Assembly: GCA_046075565.1 (NCBI GenBank)
Contig: JBJTQJ010000090.1
Span: forward strand, 1-53,769
Length of the DNA: 53,769 nt
Reading direction: 5' to 3'
From: Verrucomicrobiales bacterium
GTDB lineage: Bacteria; Verrucomicrobiota; Verrucomicrobiia; Verrucomicrobiales; SLCJ01
Positions 1 through 9,671 of the stretch are shown one piece after another. A program made the translations under genes and the position numbers. Within the stretch, counting starts at the first letter, position 1. Every line of letters starts with the position of its first letter. A model generated the notes under the pieces. The model saw nothing but the letters and a program-made list of their open reading frames with translations, did no database searches and was not told where the DNA came from.

Positions 1-21
1 CCACCGAACTTTCCTGAGACC

Positions 22-3000
22 ATGCTGAACTCCCTCATCCGCTGGTCGTTGCGCAACCGGGCGATCATTCTCTGCCTTTCACTGTTCCTTATGGTGATGG
101 GTTTCCAAACCGGCAGCCAGTTGCCGGTCGAAGTTTTGCCCGACCTCACGAAACCGACCGTCACCATCCTGACCGAGGCCTCCGGTCTTTCGCCGGAAGA
201 AGTCGAGACCCTCATCACCCAACCCATCGAAAACTCGATGATGGGTGTAGCCGGACTCACGAGGATGCGTTCCACCTCCGACATCGCACTGTCGCTGGTC
301 TTCGCCGAATTCGAGTGGGGCACGGATATTTACCAGGCGCGCCAGTTCGTGCAAGAGCGCCTGCAGGTCGCCCGTGACTCCTTGCCCGAAGGCACTCAGC
401 CCTACCTCACACCTGTGGCCTCGCTGATGGGTGAGATCCTGCTCATCGGGGTGAGAAGCAGCGAGGGCAAAACAGCTCCCATGGACCTCCGCACGACAGC
501 GGACTGGACTATCCGGACGCGTCTCCAAGCGATTCCCGGTGTCGCCGAGGTGTTGAATATGGGTGGTGGCGTGAAGCAGGCGCAGATCCAGCCCGACCCG
601 TGGCGTATGCAGGCCAACGGGGTGACCATTGAGGAACTTGAGCAAGCTGCCCGCAACGCCGCTTCCAACACGACCGGTGGTTTCATCGACAATGGCCCGC
701 AGGAGATCATGGTCCGCAATCTGGCCATGACCACGGATCTCAACGAACTCGGGCGCACCATCATCAAGATGTCCAATGGAAGGCCCATCGCCATCTCGGA
801 TGTGGCCAAGGTGGCCTGGGATACGGAACCGAAACGCGGCGAAGCGGCCATCGATGGTTTTCCCGGCGTGACCATGAGCGTGATCAAGGCGCCGGGGTTC
901 GATACCATTGCGCTCACGGAAAAAATCGAAGAGGCCATCGCTGCTCTCCGGCCGACTCTACCCGCCGGAGTCGAAGCGACCGTGCTTTTCCGGCAGCGCG
1001 ACTTCATCGATAGCGCGGTAGGCAATCTGAAGAAAGCCATCATCGAGGGGGCGGTAATGGTGACCCTCGTGCTCCTGCTTTTCCTGCTCAGCCTGAGGAC
1101 GACCTTCATCACCCTCTTGGCCATGCCGCTGAGCTTCGCGGTCACGCTACTCACCTTCAAGTGGTTCGGCTTGAGTGTGAACAGCATGACCCTCGGCGGG
1201 CTCGCGGTGGCCATCGGCATGGTTGTCGACGACGCGATTGTCGATGTGGAAAATGTCTTCCGCCGCCTGCGCGAGAACGCGAGATTGCGTGAACCGCTGC
1301 CGAAGCTTGAACTTATCGCGTTGGCCTCCGGGGAGGTGCGCAATTCCATCTTCTACGCGACCGTCCTCATCGTGCTGGTGTTTGTGCCGCTGCTCGGGCT
1401 TTCCGGCGTGGAGGGAAAACTCTTCGCTCCCATCGCCATCGCCACCATGATCAGTATGCTGGCGTCGTTTGTCGTTTCCCTGACCGCCATTCCGGTGCTC
1501 TGTTCGTTCCTGCTCAAGGTAAAACCGATCGATCAAGGCCATGGCCACAATGATGGCTGGCTCGTGCGTTTGCTCAAAGGGCTGCTGAAGAATACGATCC
1601 TCGGTTTCAGCCTCCGCCAGCCAATTCTCATCATTGCCGCCGTATCCTTGATGCTTACGGCCGCCTTCATGCTCTACCCCCGGATGAGCAAGGATTTCCT
1701 GCCCGCCTTCCATGAGGAAACCGCTGTGATTACCACCGGCGCGGCCCCGGGAACCTCACTCGCCGAGATGGAACAAATTTCCAAAGCCGTCGAGGAGCAG
1801 ATCCGGCAGGTGCCGGAAGTAAAACACATCGGACGCCGGATCGGACGTGCCGAACGTAGCGACCACGTCGTGCCCGTCAACAATGTCGAATTCGATCTGG
1901 ACTTCACCAATCATGGCAACGAGCGCCCGCTCAAGGAAGTGCTGGAGGATCTCCGCGCGCGGATCAAGACCGTGCCCGGAACGTTCAGCATCATCTCCGG
2001 GCCGCTTTCCCACCGCATCAGCCATCTGCTCAGCGGCGTGACTTCTCCAGTGGCGGTGAAAATTTTCGGCCCGGACCTCGCCACCATCACGGCGCTGGGT
2101 GAACAGGTGCAGAAGGTCGCCAAATCCATTCCCGGCCTTGAGGATACCAAACTCGACATGCAGGCGCAGATCCCCCAACTCCGCATCGAACTCGATCGCG
2201 AACGAGCCCTCGCCCATGGGGTTTCACCGGGCGAGTTGAATGCTGAGCTCTCGACCTTGTTAGGCGGGGCCGTTGTCGCGCAGCTGCGCGAGAACCAGCG
2301 GGTCATCGATCTCGCCATCCGCCTGCCGGAGAACTGGCGTGGCGACGCCGAAACCATCCGGGAACTGCCCATCCACACGGTCACCGGAGCTCACATTCCG
2401 CTCAAACTCGTCGCCGATGTGCGCGAGGCCTCCGGCCCGGGCACCGTTTATCGGGAAAACACCGTGCGGCGCTACGTGGTTTCCATCAAACCCAGCCAGC
2501 GCGACGCCGGGGCCCTGGTGAAGCAACTCGAGGAAAAAGTCCATGCCAACGTGGACTTCCCCGAAGGATACTTCATCAGCTGCGAAGGCGACTTCCAAGC
2601 CGAGCAAGCCGCGGCCAAACGCATCGCGTTCCTCTTCGCCGGCGTGCTTGTCGTGATCGTCCTGCTGCTCTGGTCCTACTTCCGCAGCATCATCCTCGCG
2701 TTGCAGGTTTTGCTCAATTTGCCTCTCGCGCTCATGGGCAGCCTCGCTCTGACCTGGCGGCTGGTGGACAATATCAGCATCGCCACGCTGGTCGGCTTCA
2801 TCGCCGTCGGCGGGGTCGCCGCCCGCAACGGGATCATGATGATCTCGCATTACCTCCACCTCATGAAACACGAGGGAGAAGGCTTCACCTATGCCATGAT
2901 CGAACGCGGCACCTTGGAACGATTCGTGCCCGTGATCATGACCGCACTTTCTGCCGGCATCGCGCTCATTCCATTTGTCATCGCCACGGGAGAACCCGGC

Positions 3001-3153
3001 AAGGAAATCCTCAGTCCCATTGCCATTTGTATCGTCGGCGGTCTCGTTTCCTCAACCCTACTCGACTTCGCCGTCACCCCGGCGGTCTTCCGGCTCTTCG
3101 GAAGAAAGGCCGCCCTGAAAGCCCTCGCCCTGAATGCTCCCGCGACCCATTGA
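22..3153 (+). CDS. CusA/CzcA-family heavy-metal efflux RND transporter, permease subunit
   Basis: 1043 aa, two hydrophobic TM clusters, motif GLAVAIGMVVDDAIVDVENV, N-terminal LPVEVLPDL..PTVTILTEA.G.SPEEVE typical of HME-RND. Confidence 0.93.
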   Translation: MLNSLIRWSLRNRAIILCLSLFLMVMGFQTGSQLPVEVLPDLTKPTVTILTEASGLSPEEVETLITQPIENSMMGVAGLTRMRSTSDIALSLVFAEFEWGTDIYQARQFVQERLQVARDSLPEGTQPYLTPVASLMGEILLIGVRSSEGKTAPMDLRTTADWTIRTRLQAIPGVAEVLNMGGGVKQAQIQPDPWRMQANGVTIEELEQAARNAASNTTGGFIDNGPQEIMVRNLAMTTDLNELGRTIIKMSNGRPIAISDVAKVAWDTEPKRGEAAIDGFPGVTMSVIKAPGFDTIALTEKIEEAIAALRPTLPAGVEATVLFRQRDFIDSAVGNLKKAIIEGAVMVTLVLLLFLLSLRTTFITLLAMPLSFAVTLLTFKWFGLSVNSMTLGGLAVAIGMVVDDAIVDVENVFRRLRENARLREPLPKLELIALASGEVRNSIFYATVLIVLVFVPLLGLSGVEGKLFAPIAIATMISMLASFVVSLTAIPVLCSFLLKVKPIDQGHGHNDGWLVRLLKGLLKNTILGFSLRQPILIIAAVSLMLTAAFMLYPRMSKDFLPAFHEETAVITTGAAPGTSLAEMEQISKAVEEQIRQVPEVKHIGRRIGRAERSDHVVPVNNVEFDLDFTNHGNERPLKEVLEDLRARIKTVPGTFSIISGPLSHRISHLLSGVTSPVAVKIFGPDLATITALGEQVQKVAKSIPGLEDTKLDMQAQIPQLRIELDRERALAHGVSPGELNAELSTLLGGAVVAQLRENQRVIDLAIRLPENWRGDAETIRELPIHTVTGAHIPLKLVADVREASGPGTVYRENTVRRYVVSIKPSQRDAGALVKQLEEKVHANVDFPEGYFISCEGDFQAEQAAAKRIAFLFAGVLVVIVLLLWSYFRSIILALQVLLNLPLALMGSLALTWRLVDNISIATLVGFIAVGGVAARNGIMMISHYLHLMKHEGEGFTYAMIERGTLERFVPVIMTALSAGIALIPFVIATGEPGKEILSPIAICIVGGLVSSTLLDFAVTPAVFRLFGRKAALKALALNAPATH

Positions 3154-3226
3154 AGAATTTTATCGTCCAAGCCGTCTGATTTTTCTGATTCGTCAGATCC
3201 ACCCGAAACCGCAAGACCAACAAACC

Positions 3227-3685
3227 ATGAAAAACCAAATGAAACTGACCGCCACCGCCCTCATCGCCCTGCTGGTTGTTCCTGCCGCTTTCGCGGACGG
3301 GGATCACGACCATGATCACGGCAAAGGAAAACCCCATGTGCACGAGGAGAATGTCTCCAAGGGCCCGAATGGCGGACACGTCATCGAATCGAAAGCCGGA
3401 TTTTCCATCGAAGTCACGGTGGACAAAGACCGCAAGGCCCGTGTTGTCTTCCTGGACAAGGAAAACAAACCCGTCGCCTTGGGCGAACAAACCATTTCCG
3501 GTATTGCGGGGGAACGTTCTTCTCCGGTGAAACTCGCCTTTGCCAAAGGCGCTGACGCCGATGCCAACGTGCTCATCTCCAACCAAGCGCTTCCTGCTGG
3601 CGCGCACGTGCCGATGATTCTGACCATCAAGACCGCTCCCGACGCCAAAGCCGCCACCGAGCGCTTCGAGTTGCATTTGCACTGA
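3227..3685 (+). CDS. Secreted His-rich protein, putative periplasmic metal-binding accessory
   Basis: ATG 3227; signal peptide (MKLTATALIALLVVPAAFA) followed by DGDHDHDHGKGKPHVHEE and GPNGGH; directly after RND pump. Confidence 0.7.
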   Translation: MKNQMKLTATALIALLVVPAAFADGDHDHDHGKGKPHVHEENVSKGPNGGHVIESKAGFSIEVTVDKDRKARVVFLDKENKPVALGEQTISGIAGERSSPVKLAFAKGADADANVLISNQALPAGAHVPMILTIKTAPDAKAATERFELHLH

Positions 3686-3934
3686 GGCTTCCGCGGAATG
3701 ACGCCGCAGCTCGAACGACCTGGCCGGTCGTTCGGGCGGGCAACGGACACGACCCTGCGGGATCGTGTCCCCCCGTGGAGGAGAAGAACCCGAAACCGAA
3801 CAACCGGAGGGTTGGGATCGGGGTTCGGACCGTGGTTTTCCGACGAAGGACACGGCGGCCCGGTCGATATTCCCACTGCTCGCACTGGCCTCGAATGATC
3901 AGCTTGGCTCGATTTTTGTTTTTGTGATTTTTTT

Positions 3935-3957
3935 CGTGCCGAAGGCACGGATTTTTT
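3935..3957 (+). terminator. Probable intrinsic terminator
   Basis: CGTGCC-GAA-GGCACG hairpin followed by GATTTTTT, downstream of RND operon. Confidence 0.45.
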
Positions 3958-4009
3958 GGTAGTTACCCTGTAAATACCGGGGTCCTGCTCGCAGGTTGCC
4001 CCCTCCACC

Positions 4010-7000
4010 ATGAAAAAACCCACCTCAGCACTCCGGTTTGGTCTGACACGGCCTGCCCAAGGTTTTGCCTTGATTGCTACGTTGTCCGTCATGGCATTGC
4101 TGACCATTTTGACCATCGGCCTCTTGAGTCTTTCCCGGATGTCCCTGCGCAGGGCGAGTCTGGACAAAACGCAAGCGGAGGCGCAGGCCAATGCACGGCT
4201 GGCGATGACAATCGCCATCGCCAACCTGCAGCGAGAAATGGGGCCGGACATGAGGGTCAGCGTGGAAGCGGCGCTTTTCGACCAAAATACGGCCACTCCG
4301 GAGACGGACGGTGTCGCCCAGCCGCACTGGATGGCGAGTTATGATTCGTGGGGCGATTGGTTGAATGCGAGCTACCAACGCACCACCGGTTCGCCCGCTT
4401 TGACCATCGGTCAGACCTACACTCCCCGGCGCAGCCAGATGTTCCGGCGTTGGATGTTGTCCGTGCCATCGGCACTCGAGAGAAACGACAGCGCCCCGCT
4501 CGCGCTGAACGGATGGAACGACACCAATTCCAAAATCATGATCGGGCAAGGCAGCCTCGGGCAGGAAGCGCAGACAAGGCCGGAGAAAGTCACCCGCGCC
4601 TATCTGAATCCGATGGGCGCGAACGGTCTGCATGCCTGGTGGATCGGACCGGAGAATCACAAGGCGAGGATCGATAAGTCAAAGAAGCCCCGGAACCTGG
4701 CCAACCATGTCTGGCAAGTGGCGCACTCCGACACCGCCGAAGTGGGGGTGGGCAAACTGCCGGGTTTTGAGGCCATTGATGGCGATGCGAGCATGAGCGA
4801 TCGTTTGGTCACGAGCCAGACGCTGGGTCTCGCCGGGGTATCGGCCAGTGACCTCAATGCCAGGTTCTTTGACGTTACAGCTTCCAGCCAGGGCGTTCTT
4901 TCCTCGGCCCGGACCGGCGCGTTGAAACGGGATTTGAGCCTCCTGTTCGAGCAGCCCAATAACTCGTTGCCGGCCCCGTATCGGTTTGATACGGCGGGTG
5001 CCGTCGTGGAGCCTTCCATAAGGCCGATGAGTCCGGAAATTGTATCGAGGGCCACGCTCAGGAACCGGCATTTCCAATCGTGGACGAACATGCGGCACTA
5101 TTACAACATGTATCGTTCCTCCTCCGATGCCACGATTGGCGGAACGAATGGTTCCGGCACACTCAATTGGGACAGCAGCAAACCCTGGACCAATGTCGTA
5201 TGCACGACCAACCTCACATCTGCGGGCGTGCCGGGCGGCGGAAAAGATTGGAATGGGTCGAACAACTACTGGCGGGTCCCCATCCTCGCGAAGATAACTT
5301 TTATATACAGCCTGCTCGCCGAACCGGATCCAACCAAGCCGGGGCGATTCAGGTGCTACCACGTCTTCAGTCCGGTCTTTACCTATTGGAACCCTTACAA
5401 CACCGAGATGCGCATCCCGGATCGCACCCACACCATGGCAACCTCGGCCTACCGCGTCTGGCCTCACACCGGAGAGGTCTACGTCAATGGTGTCCTGCGT
5501 AATGCCCAGGACAGCAACTGGGCCGGCTTCGGCACCTTCGCATACTCGCAGAGTATCAATGCCATGTCGGTTTTGCGTTCGGAAAATGGTGGGGACATCA
5601 TTTTCAAACCGGGCGAGTTCCGTGTTTTCTCCTATCGGAGCAATGTGACCACGGGTGGGCAAGCGACATCAGGCAGTGAAGCTCCGCTCTACCCGGGGTT
5701 TGATCCGCGCGGCATCAGCGGAGAGAAGAAGGACTACAAGGATTTCAGTCCAAGGGGCGCGGCCGATGGCACGTTCAGCCCGACAGATCGGCTGGGCGTG
5801 CGGGTTCTTTTCTCCCATGGCCTGTGGGGCGGCAACATCAACCGCGGCAACACGGGTGGCTCCCTGTGCTGGCAGGATTGGTGGGACAGACCGAACAATC
5901 CGGGCGGCATGCCCATGACCTACGCCAATGATTGGTTCAACAAGGCTCAAACCTTGACGCCGATGACGCCGACCGGCACCGCCAATATTTCCCAGTGGGT
6001 GTTTGACGGAAGTCCTCAGCCCGTTGCCTTCTGCCAGCTTGTCCTGAAGGGTCTTTCGGAATTCAACTACGAGAGTATAGGCCGGAGCAATCCGGCTCCG
6101 AACAATTGGGCCAAGGACTGGCGCAGCCGCAACTGGATCCAGGCGCCGCCCTTTTATTTTGGCAATGGAATGTATTGCTCGGAAGATGAAACCACGGCCC
6201 ACACGCAGCGTTTGGATAACCCCTACGTCACCTTCTTCGGGCCCATGACGATGTCGGAAATGCCCAAGGTGGTCGGTCAAATCGGCCAGAACTCCTTCTT
6301 CGGATCGGGTTCAAATCCATTTGAAAAGGTGACCAGCGTGCCTGCTCTCGAATTACCGAGCGCGCCTCCGGGAAGTCTAGCCGCTTTCTCCACCATGCGG
6401 ATCAATCCGGGATGGACCAAGGCAGACCAGATCGGGATCGACCAGAGCGGGACGCAGTTGTTTTTCCACACCGGCTTTGGCGGATCAGGTTGGACGAGTG
6501 CCGGCCGGGAGTCCTTGCACGCGGCCGAGACAAAACGGGTGGCCTACCAAAGCGGCATCACCGGCCCGGGTATCGGCAACTCTTTCTTGCATCCGATGAT
6601 TCCGCGCACCGACATCTACCGCTTCTTCGATAATTCGAAAAGCCAGGATGTTCCTGACCGTCAGGTGAACGCCTGGATGAACACGATCGAAAACAACTCC
6701 AAGGCCTACGTCGATTTCTGGGACCACGTTCTCCTGCTCAACGACGCGCTTTGGGATGATTTCTTCGTATCCTCGCTCGCCGACCAAACCCGGCCCGGTG
6801 CCACCGGCGCGGTCAATCTGCGCCAGAATATCGAGCGGATGATCCGGGGCGAGCAAAATGCCAACTCCCGCTACCGTTACTACTCGCAAGGCCGCGGCGA
6901 TTCCCAGGTTCTATCAGATCTCACCGCTGCGGACGGCTATCTGAAGGCCGCCCGTCACATGGTCGTGGATGGCATGTTCAATGTGAATAGCACTTCGGTG

Positions 7001-7819
7001 GCCGCATGGTATTCATTGTTTGCGGGCATTCGGGAACGCCAGCTTGTCTATCGTGACTCCAGAGGCACACTCCAGAAGATTGATGTGCCTAGCAACAGAC
7101 GAATCGGTCTCTCCCGGTTCGGCACCGAAGTCAGCGATAAGGAGATGAACGATCCGGAGTATGGAGTTGCCATGCCCGACGGATCACCGGGCTGGTCCGG
7201 TGTGCGCTTCCTGAGCGACGCTCAATTACTCAAACTCGCTCAGGAATGTGTGAAGCAGGTCAAACAACGTGGCCCCTTCCTCAACTTCTCCGAATTCATC
7301 AATCGTCGGCTCTCGAATGATGAATTGGGTCTCAAAGGAGCAGTGCAGGCGGCCATCGACTACGACGATGCGCGGCCGGAAAATGATTCCATCAACTACA
7401 GGTATAAATTTGGTCCCGATTACATGCTCAACCGCAGCAGCCTCGGCACGAACAGTTTTGCCACGCCCGAAGCCGCCGAGGGCTCGCGGTTCGCCGGGAT
7501 TCCGGGATACGTGATCCAGTCCGATTTGCTCAAGCCCATCGCGAATACTCTCTCCGTGCGTGACGACACCTTCCGGATTCGCACGTATGGGGAAGTGCGC
7601 GACCGGAGCGGACGGACGGTAGGCCGCGCCTGGTGCGAGGCCATCGTGCAACGGGTGCCGGACTATGTGGACTCCACCAACGATCCTTCCGTGCCCGCCC
7701 GCCTGATGAGCGCGAATGGCGTGTTCTCCAACAACCCGCAATTGACGGTGGCCAACCGCCAGTTCGGACGGAAATTCCGCATCGAAAGTTTCCGCTGGTT
7801 GAATGGCGACGAAATTTGA
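4010..7819 (+). CDS. Giant PilX/GspK-like protein with prepilin-like N-terminus (Verru_Chthon cassette protein A-like)
   Basis: 1269 aa; basic leader then QG|FALIATLSVMALLTILTIGLLSLS, AQANARLAMTIAIANLQREMGPDMRVS; C-terminal QSDLL..L.VRDDTFRIRTYG...AWCEAIVQR.PDY...FGRKFRIESFRWL. Confidence 0.7.
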   Translation: MKKPTSALRFGLTRPAQGFALIATLSVMALLTILTIGLLSLSRMSLRRASLDKTQAEAQANARLAMTIAIANLQREMGPDMRVSVEAALFDQNTATPETDGVAQPHWMASYDSWGDWLNASYQRTTGSPALTIGQTYTPRRSQMFRRWMLSVPSALERNDSAPLALNGWNDTNSKIMIGQGSLGQEAQTRPEKVTRAYLNPMGANGLHAWWIGPENHKARIDKSKKPRNLANHVWQVAHSDTAEVGVGKLPGFEAIDGDASMSDRLVTSQTLGLAGVSASDLNARFFDVTASSQGVLSSARTGALKRDLSLLFEQPNNSLPAPYRFDTAGAVVEPSIRPMSPEIVSRATLRNRHFQSWTNMRHYYNMYRSSSDATIGGTNGSGTLNWDSSKPWTNVVCTTNLTSAGVPGGGKDWNGSNNYWRVPILAKITFIYSLLAEPDPTKPGRFRCYHVFSPVFTYWNPYNTEMRIPDRTHTMATSAYRVWPHTGEVYVNGVLRNAQDSNWAGFGTFAYSQSINAMSVLRSENGGDIIFKPGEFRVFSYRSNVTTGGQATSGSEAPLYPGFDPRGISGEKKDYKDFSPRGAADGTFSPTDRLGVRVLFSHGLWGGNINRGNTGGSLCWQDWWDRPNNPGGMPMTYANDWFNKAQTLTPMTPTGTANISQWVFDGSPQPVAFCQLVLKGLSEFNYESIGRSNPAPNNWAKDWRSRNWIQAPPFYFGNGMYCSEDETTAHTQRLDNPYVTFFGPMTMSEMPKVVGQIGQNSFFGSGSNPFEKVTSVPALELPSAPPGSLAAFSTMRINPGWTKADQIGIDQSGTQLFFHTGFGGSGWTSAGRESLHAAETKRVAYQSGITGPGIGNSFLHPMIPRTDIYRFFDNSKSQDVPDRQVNAWMNTIENNSKAYVDFWDHVLLLNDALWDDFFVSSLADQTRPGATGAVNLRQNIERMIRGEQNANSRYRYYSQGRGDSQVLSDLTAADGYLKAARHMVVDGMFNVNSTSVAAWYSLFAGIRERQLVYRDSRGTLQKIDVPSNRRIGLSRFGTEVSDKEMNDPEYGVAMPDGSPGWSGVRFLSDAQLLKLAQECVKQVKQRGPFLNFSEFINRRLSNDELGLKGAVQAAIDYDDARPENDSINYRYKFGPDYMLNRSSLGTNSFATPEAAEGSRFAGIPGYVIQSDLLKPIANTLSVRDDTFRIRTYGEVRDRSGRTVGRAWCEAIVQRVPDYVDSTNDPSVPARLMSANGVFSNNPQLTVANRQFGRKFRIESFRWLNGDEI

Positions 7820-7864
7820 TTGCCCTTTTTCAGCCGCGCGCCCATCATTCGTCGCGTTCCTTCC

Positions 7865-8575
7865 ATGAAACTTCTCATTCCCCTGCTGGCGATCGTCGGC
7901 CATTTCCTCTCCCCGCTCTTTGCGCAGGCGCAGACCCCCGCCGAGCCCCAGGCACCCCGTGGACGGGTGGCATGGTTTGTCTGCACCGCCATCCCGGAGG
8001 GGCTGGAGAATCCGATCGGTTACATGAGTGGAGCCGATGTGGGTGAGGTCACCTTGTCGAAGCGTTCGCCGTCCGAGGCCGTGAAAATTCCGGAGGATGG
8101 AGTCGTGCGGTTGGTGCGCAAGATTCCCAATCCGGAGGATCCCGCCAAACCCAAATTCCTGACCTTGGCCCAGGGGGCGGTTCCCGAGGGGGTGAACCAG
8201 GCCCTGCTCATTCTCGTTCCCACCAGCCAGAAGCCCGGGGAAATGGTTTTTAATACCAAGGTGCAGGACCTCGCCCGGTTCAAGAATGGTGACTGGATGT
8301 ATCTCAACCTTACCACCCAGGACGTGAGGGTGGACATGGGGAAAACCGTCATCCCCTTGAAGTCAGGAGCGATGGCCTTTTTTGATGCCTCCGCCTACAA
8401 GGAGCCGACGAATCTCCCCATCCGTTACAGTTTCCTTCGCAAAGAGGATCAACAATGGCAGATGCTCAGCGCCTCGACGATTGTCATCTACCCGACCCGG
8501 AGGGAAATGTGTATCTTCAGTTGGGACGAGCAGTTCAACCGGATCAGCTACCACGGCATCACTTTGCCGCTGTAA
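7865..8575 (+). CDS. Secreted hypothetical protein, partner of the upstream giant pilin-like protein
   Basis: ATG 7865, Sec-type signal peptide (MKLLIPLLAIVGHFLSPLFAQA), beta-rich mature part, 45 bp after upstream stop. Confidence 0.7.
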   Translation: MKLLIPLLAIVGHFLSPLFAQAQTPAEPQAPRGRVAWFVCTAIPEGLENPIGYMSGADVGEVTLSKRSPSEAVKIPEDGVVRLVRKIPNPEDPAKPKFLTLAQGAVPEGVNQALLILVPTSQKPGEMVFNTKVQDLARFKNGDWMYLNLTTQDVRVDMGKTVIPLKSGAMAFFDASAYKEPTNLPIRYSFLRKEDQQWQMLSASTIVIYPTRREMCIFSWDEQFNRISYHGITLPL

Positions 8576-8692
8576 CTGCGGCGAGTCGCAAGAAGCTGGT
8601 TTTCCAACGAAACGATCGGCACGGTCTGCTGCCAACTATTCGGATGGTGCCGCCTTAAATTGATTTCTTCGGCAGCGGGGGGGCTTTCCAAT

Positions 8693-8727
8693 AAAAAGCC
8701 GGCGGCACCGTGAGGCACCGCCGGTTT
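8693..8727 (-). terminator. Intrinsic terminator of rplU-rpmA
   Basis: Minus strand CCGGCGGTGCC-TCAC-GGTGCCGCCGG stem (two G-U) followed by CTTTTT, about 25 nt after rpmA stop. Confidence 0.8.
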
Positions 8728-8751
8728 GGAAAGCAGGAATGTTTTGCGCGT

Positions 8752-9015
8752 TCAGTTCGCGGCGGCGACTTCAGCGGCGTCCACGTTGATGCGGCGTCCG
8801 CCTTGGTCGAAGCGAACCTTGCCATCGGCAAGGGCGAAAATGGTATAGTCTTTGCCGAGGCCGACGTTGCGGCCGGGTTTCCATTTCGTGCCGCGTTGAC
8901 GGGCGATGATGTTGCCAGCGATGACAACTTGACCGCCGAATTTTTTCACGCCGAGGCGTTTGCTGTTCGAGTCGCGTCCGTTCTTGACGGAGCCTTGTCC
9001 CTTTTTGTGAGCCAT
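8752..9015 (-). CDS. rpmA: 50S ribosomal protein L27
   Basis: [28 protein letters not shown] signature. Confidence 0.99.
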   Translation of the reverse strand: MAHKKGQGSVKNGRDSNSKRLGVKKFGGQVVIAGNIIARQRGTKWKPGRNVGLGKDYTIFALADGKVRFDQGGRRINVDAAEVAAAN

Positions 9016-9068
9016 GAGAGTGGGTCTTTCTGGTGGTGGGGTGGAAGAAAATTCCGAAAGCGGAAGAA

Positions 9069-9383
9069 TCAGGCCGAGATGGACTGGATTTCGAGGCGGG
9101 TGAGTTGGCGGCGATGGCCTTTGGTCTTGTGGAAACCTTTCCGGCGCTTGTATTTGAAGGCGATGACCTTCTTGGCGCGGACTTGGCCGACAACCTTGGC
9201 GGTGATGGTGGCTCCGGCGACGGTGGGGGAACCTACGCTGAGGCCGCCACCGGTTTGCACGCAGAGAACTTGGTCGAAAGTGGCGGTGTCGCCGGCTTCA
9301 ACGGGGAGAAATTCGACGTCCACCTTGTCGCCTTCGCTGACACGGTATTGTTTGCCGCCGGTTTTGAAAATCGCGTATGCCAT
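9069..9383 (-). CDS. rplU: 50S ribosomal protein L21
   Basis: [19 protein letters not shown]...[19 protein letters not shown]; upstream of rpmA. Confidence 0.99.
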   Translation of the reverse strand: MAYAIFKTGGKQYRVSEGDKVDVEFLPVEAGDTATFDQVLCVQTGGGLSVGSPTVAGATITAKVVGQVRAKKVIAFKYKRRKGFHKTKGHRRQLTRLEIQSISA

Positions 9384-9566
9384 AAGCCTGATATTACCTG
9401 AGTTGCCTGTTTTGGGACGTCTGGTGGGAAAAAATTTTGTCTTTTCTGTCGAGACGGGCCGGAAATTTTCCACACTTCCATGGTTCCGGCAAGTGGATTT
9501 TAGGCGGATTTTCGTTCCGGGAGCGGAAATCGGGGCCCGGCGGCCCCGCCAAGGAAGAAAAATCCG

Positions 9567-9644
9567 GCCGAGCTGGGGCTCGGCGCTCCCGGGTCATTGA
9601 CTTTTCAATCGCCCTCCCCCGGGAACGCCGAGCCCCAGCTCGGC
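9567..9644. repeat. Inverted pair of REP-like palindromic elements (REPIN-like doublet)
   Basis: GCCGAGCTGGGGCTCGGCGCTCCCGGG (9567-9593) and CCCGGGAACGCCGAGCCCCAGCTCGGC (9618-9644) are reverse complements at 26/27 positions; each contains internal GCCGAGC/GCTCGGC palindrome; third copy at 53722. Confidence 0.85.
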
Positions 9645-9671
9645 AGTTGAACGGCACCGCCAACGCATCCC

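Noticed and set aside
3985-4010. CTCCACCA resembling a tRNA/tmRNA 3' end or att site
   Set aside because: No T-arm (GTTCGA) upstream; it is simply the pyrimidine-rich context of the ATG at 4010.
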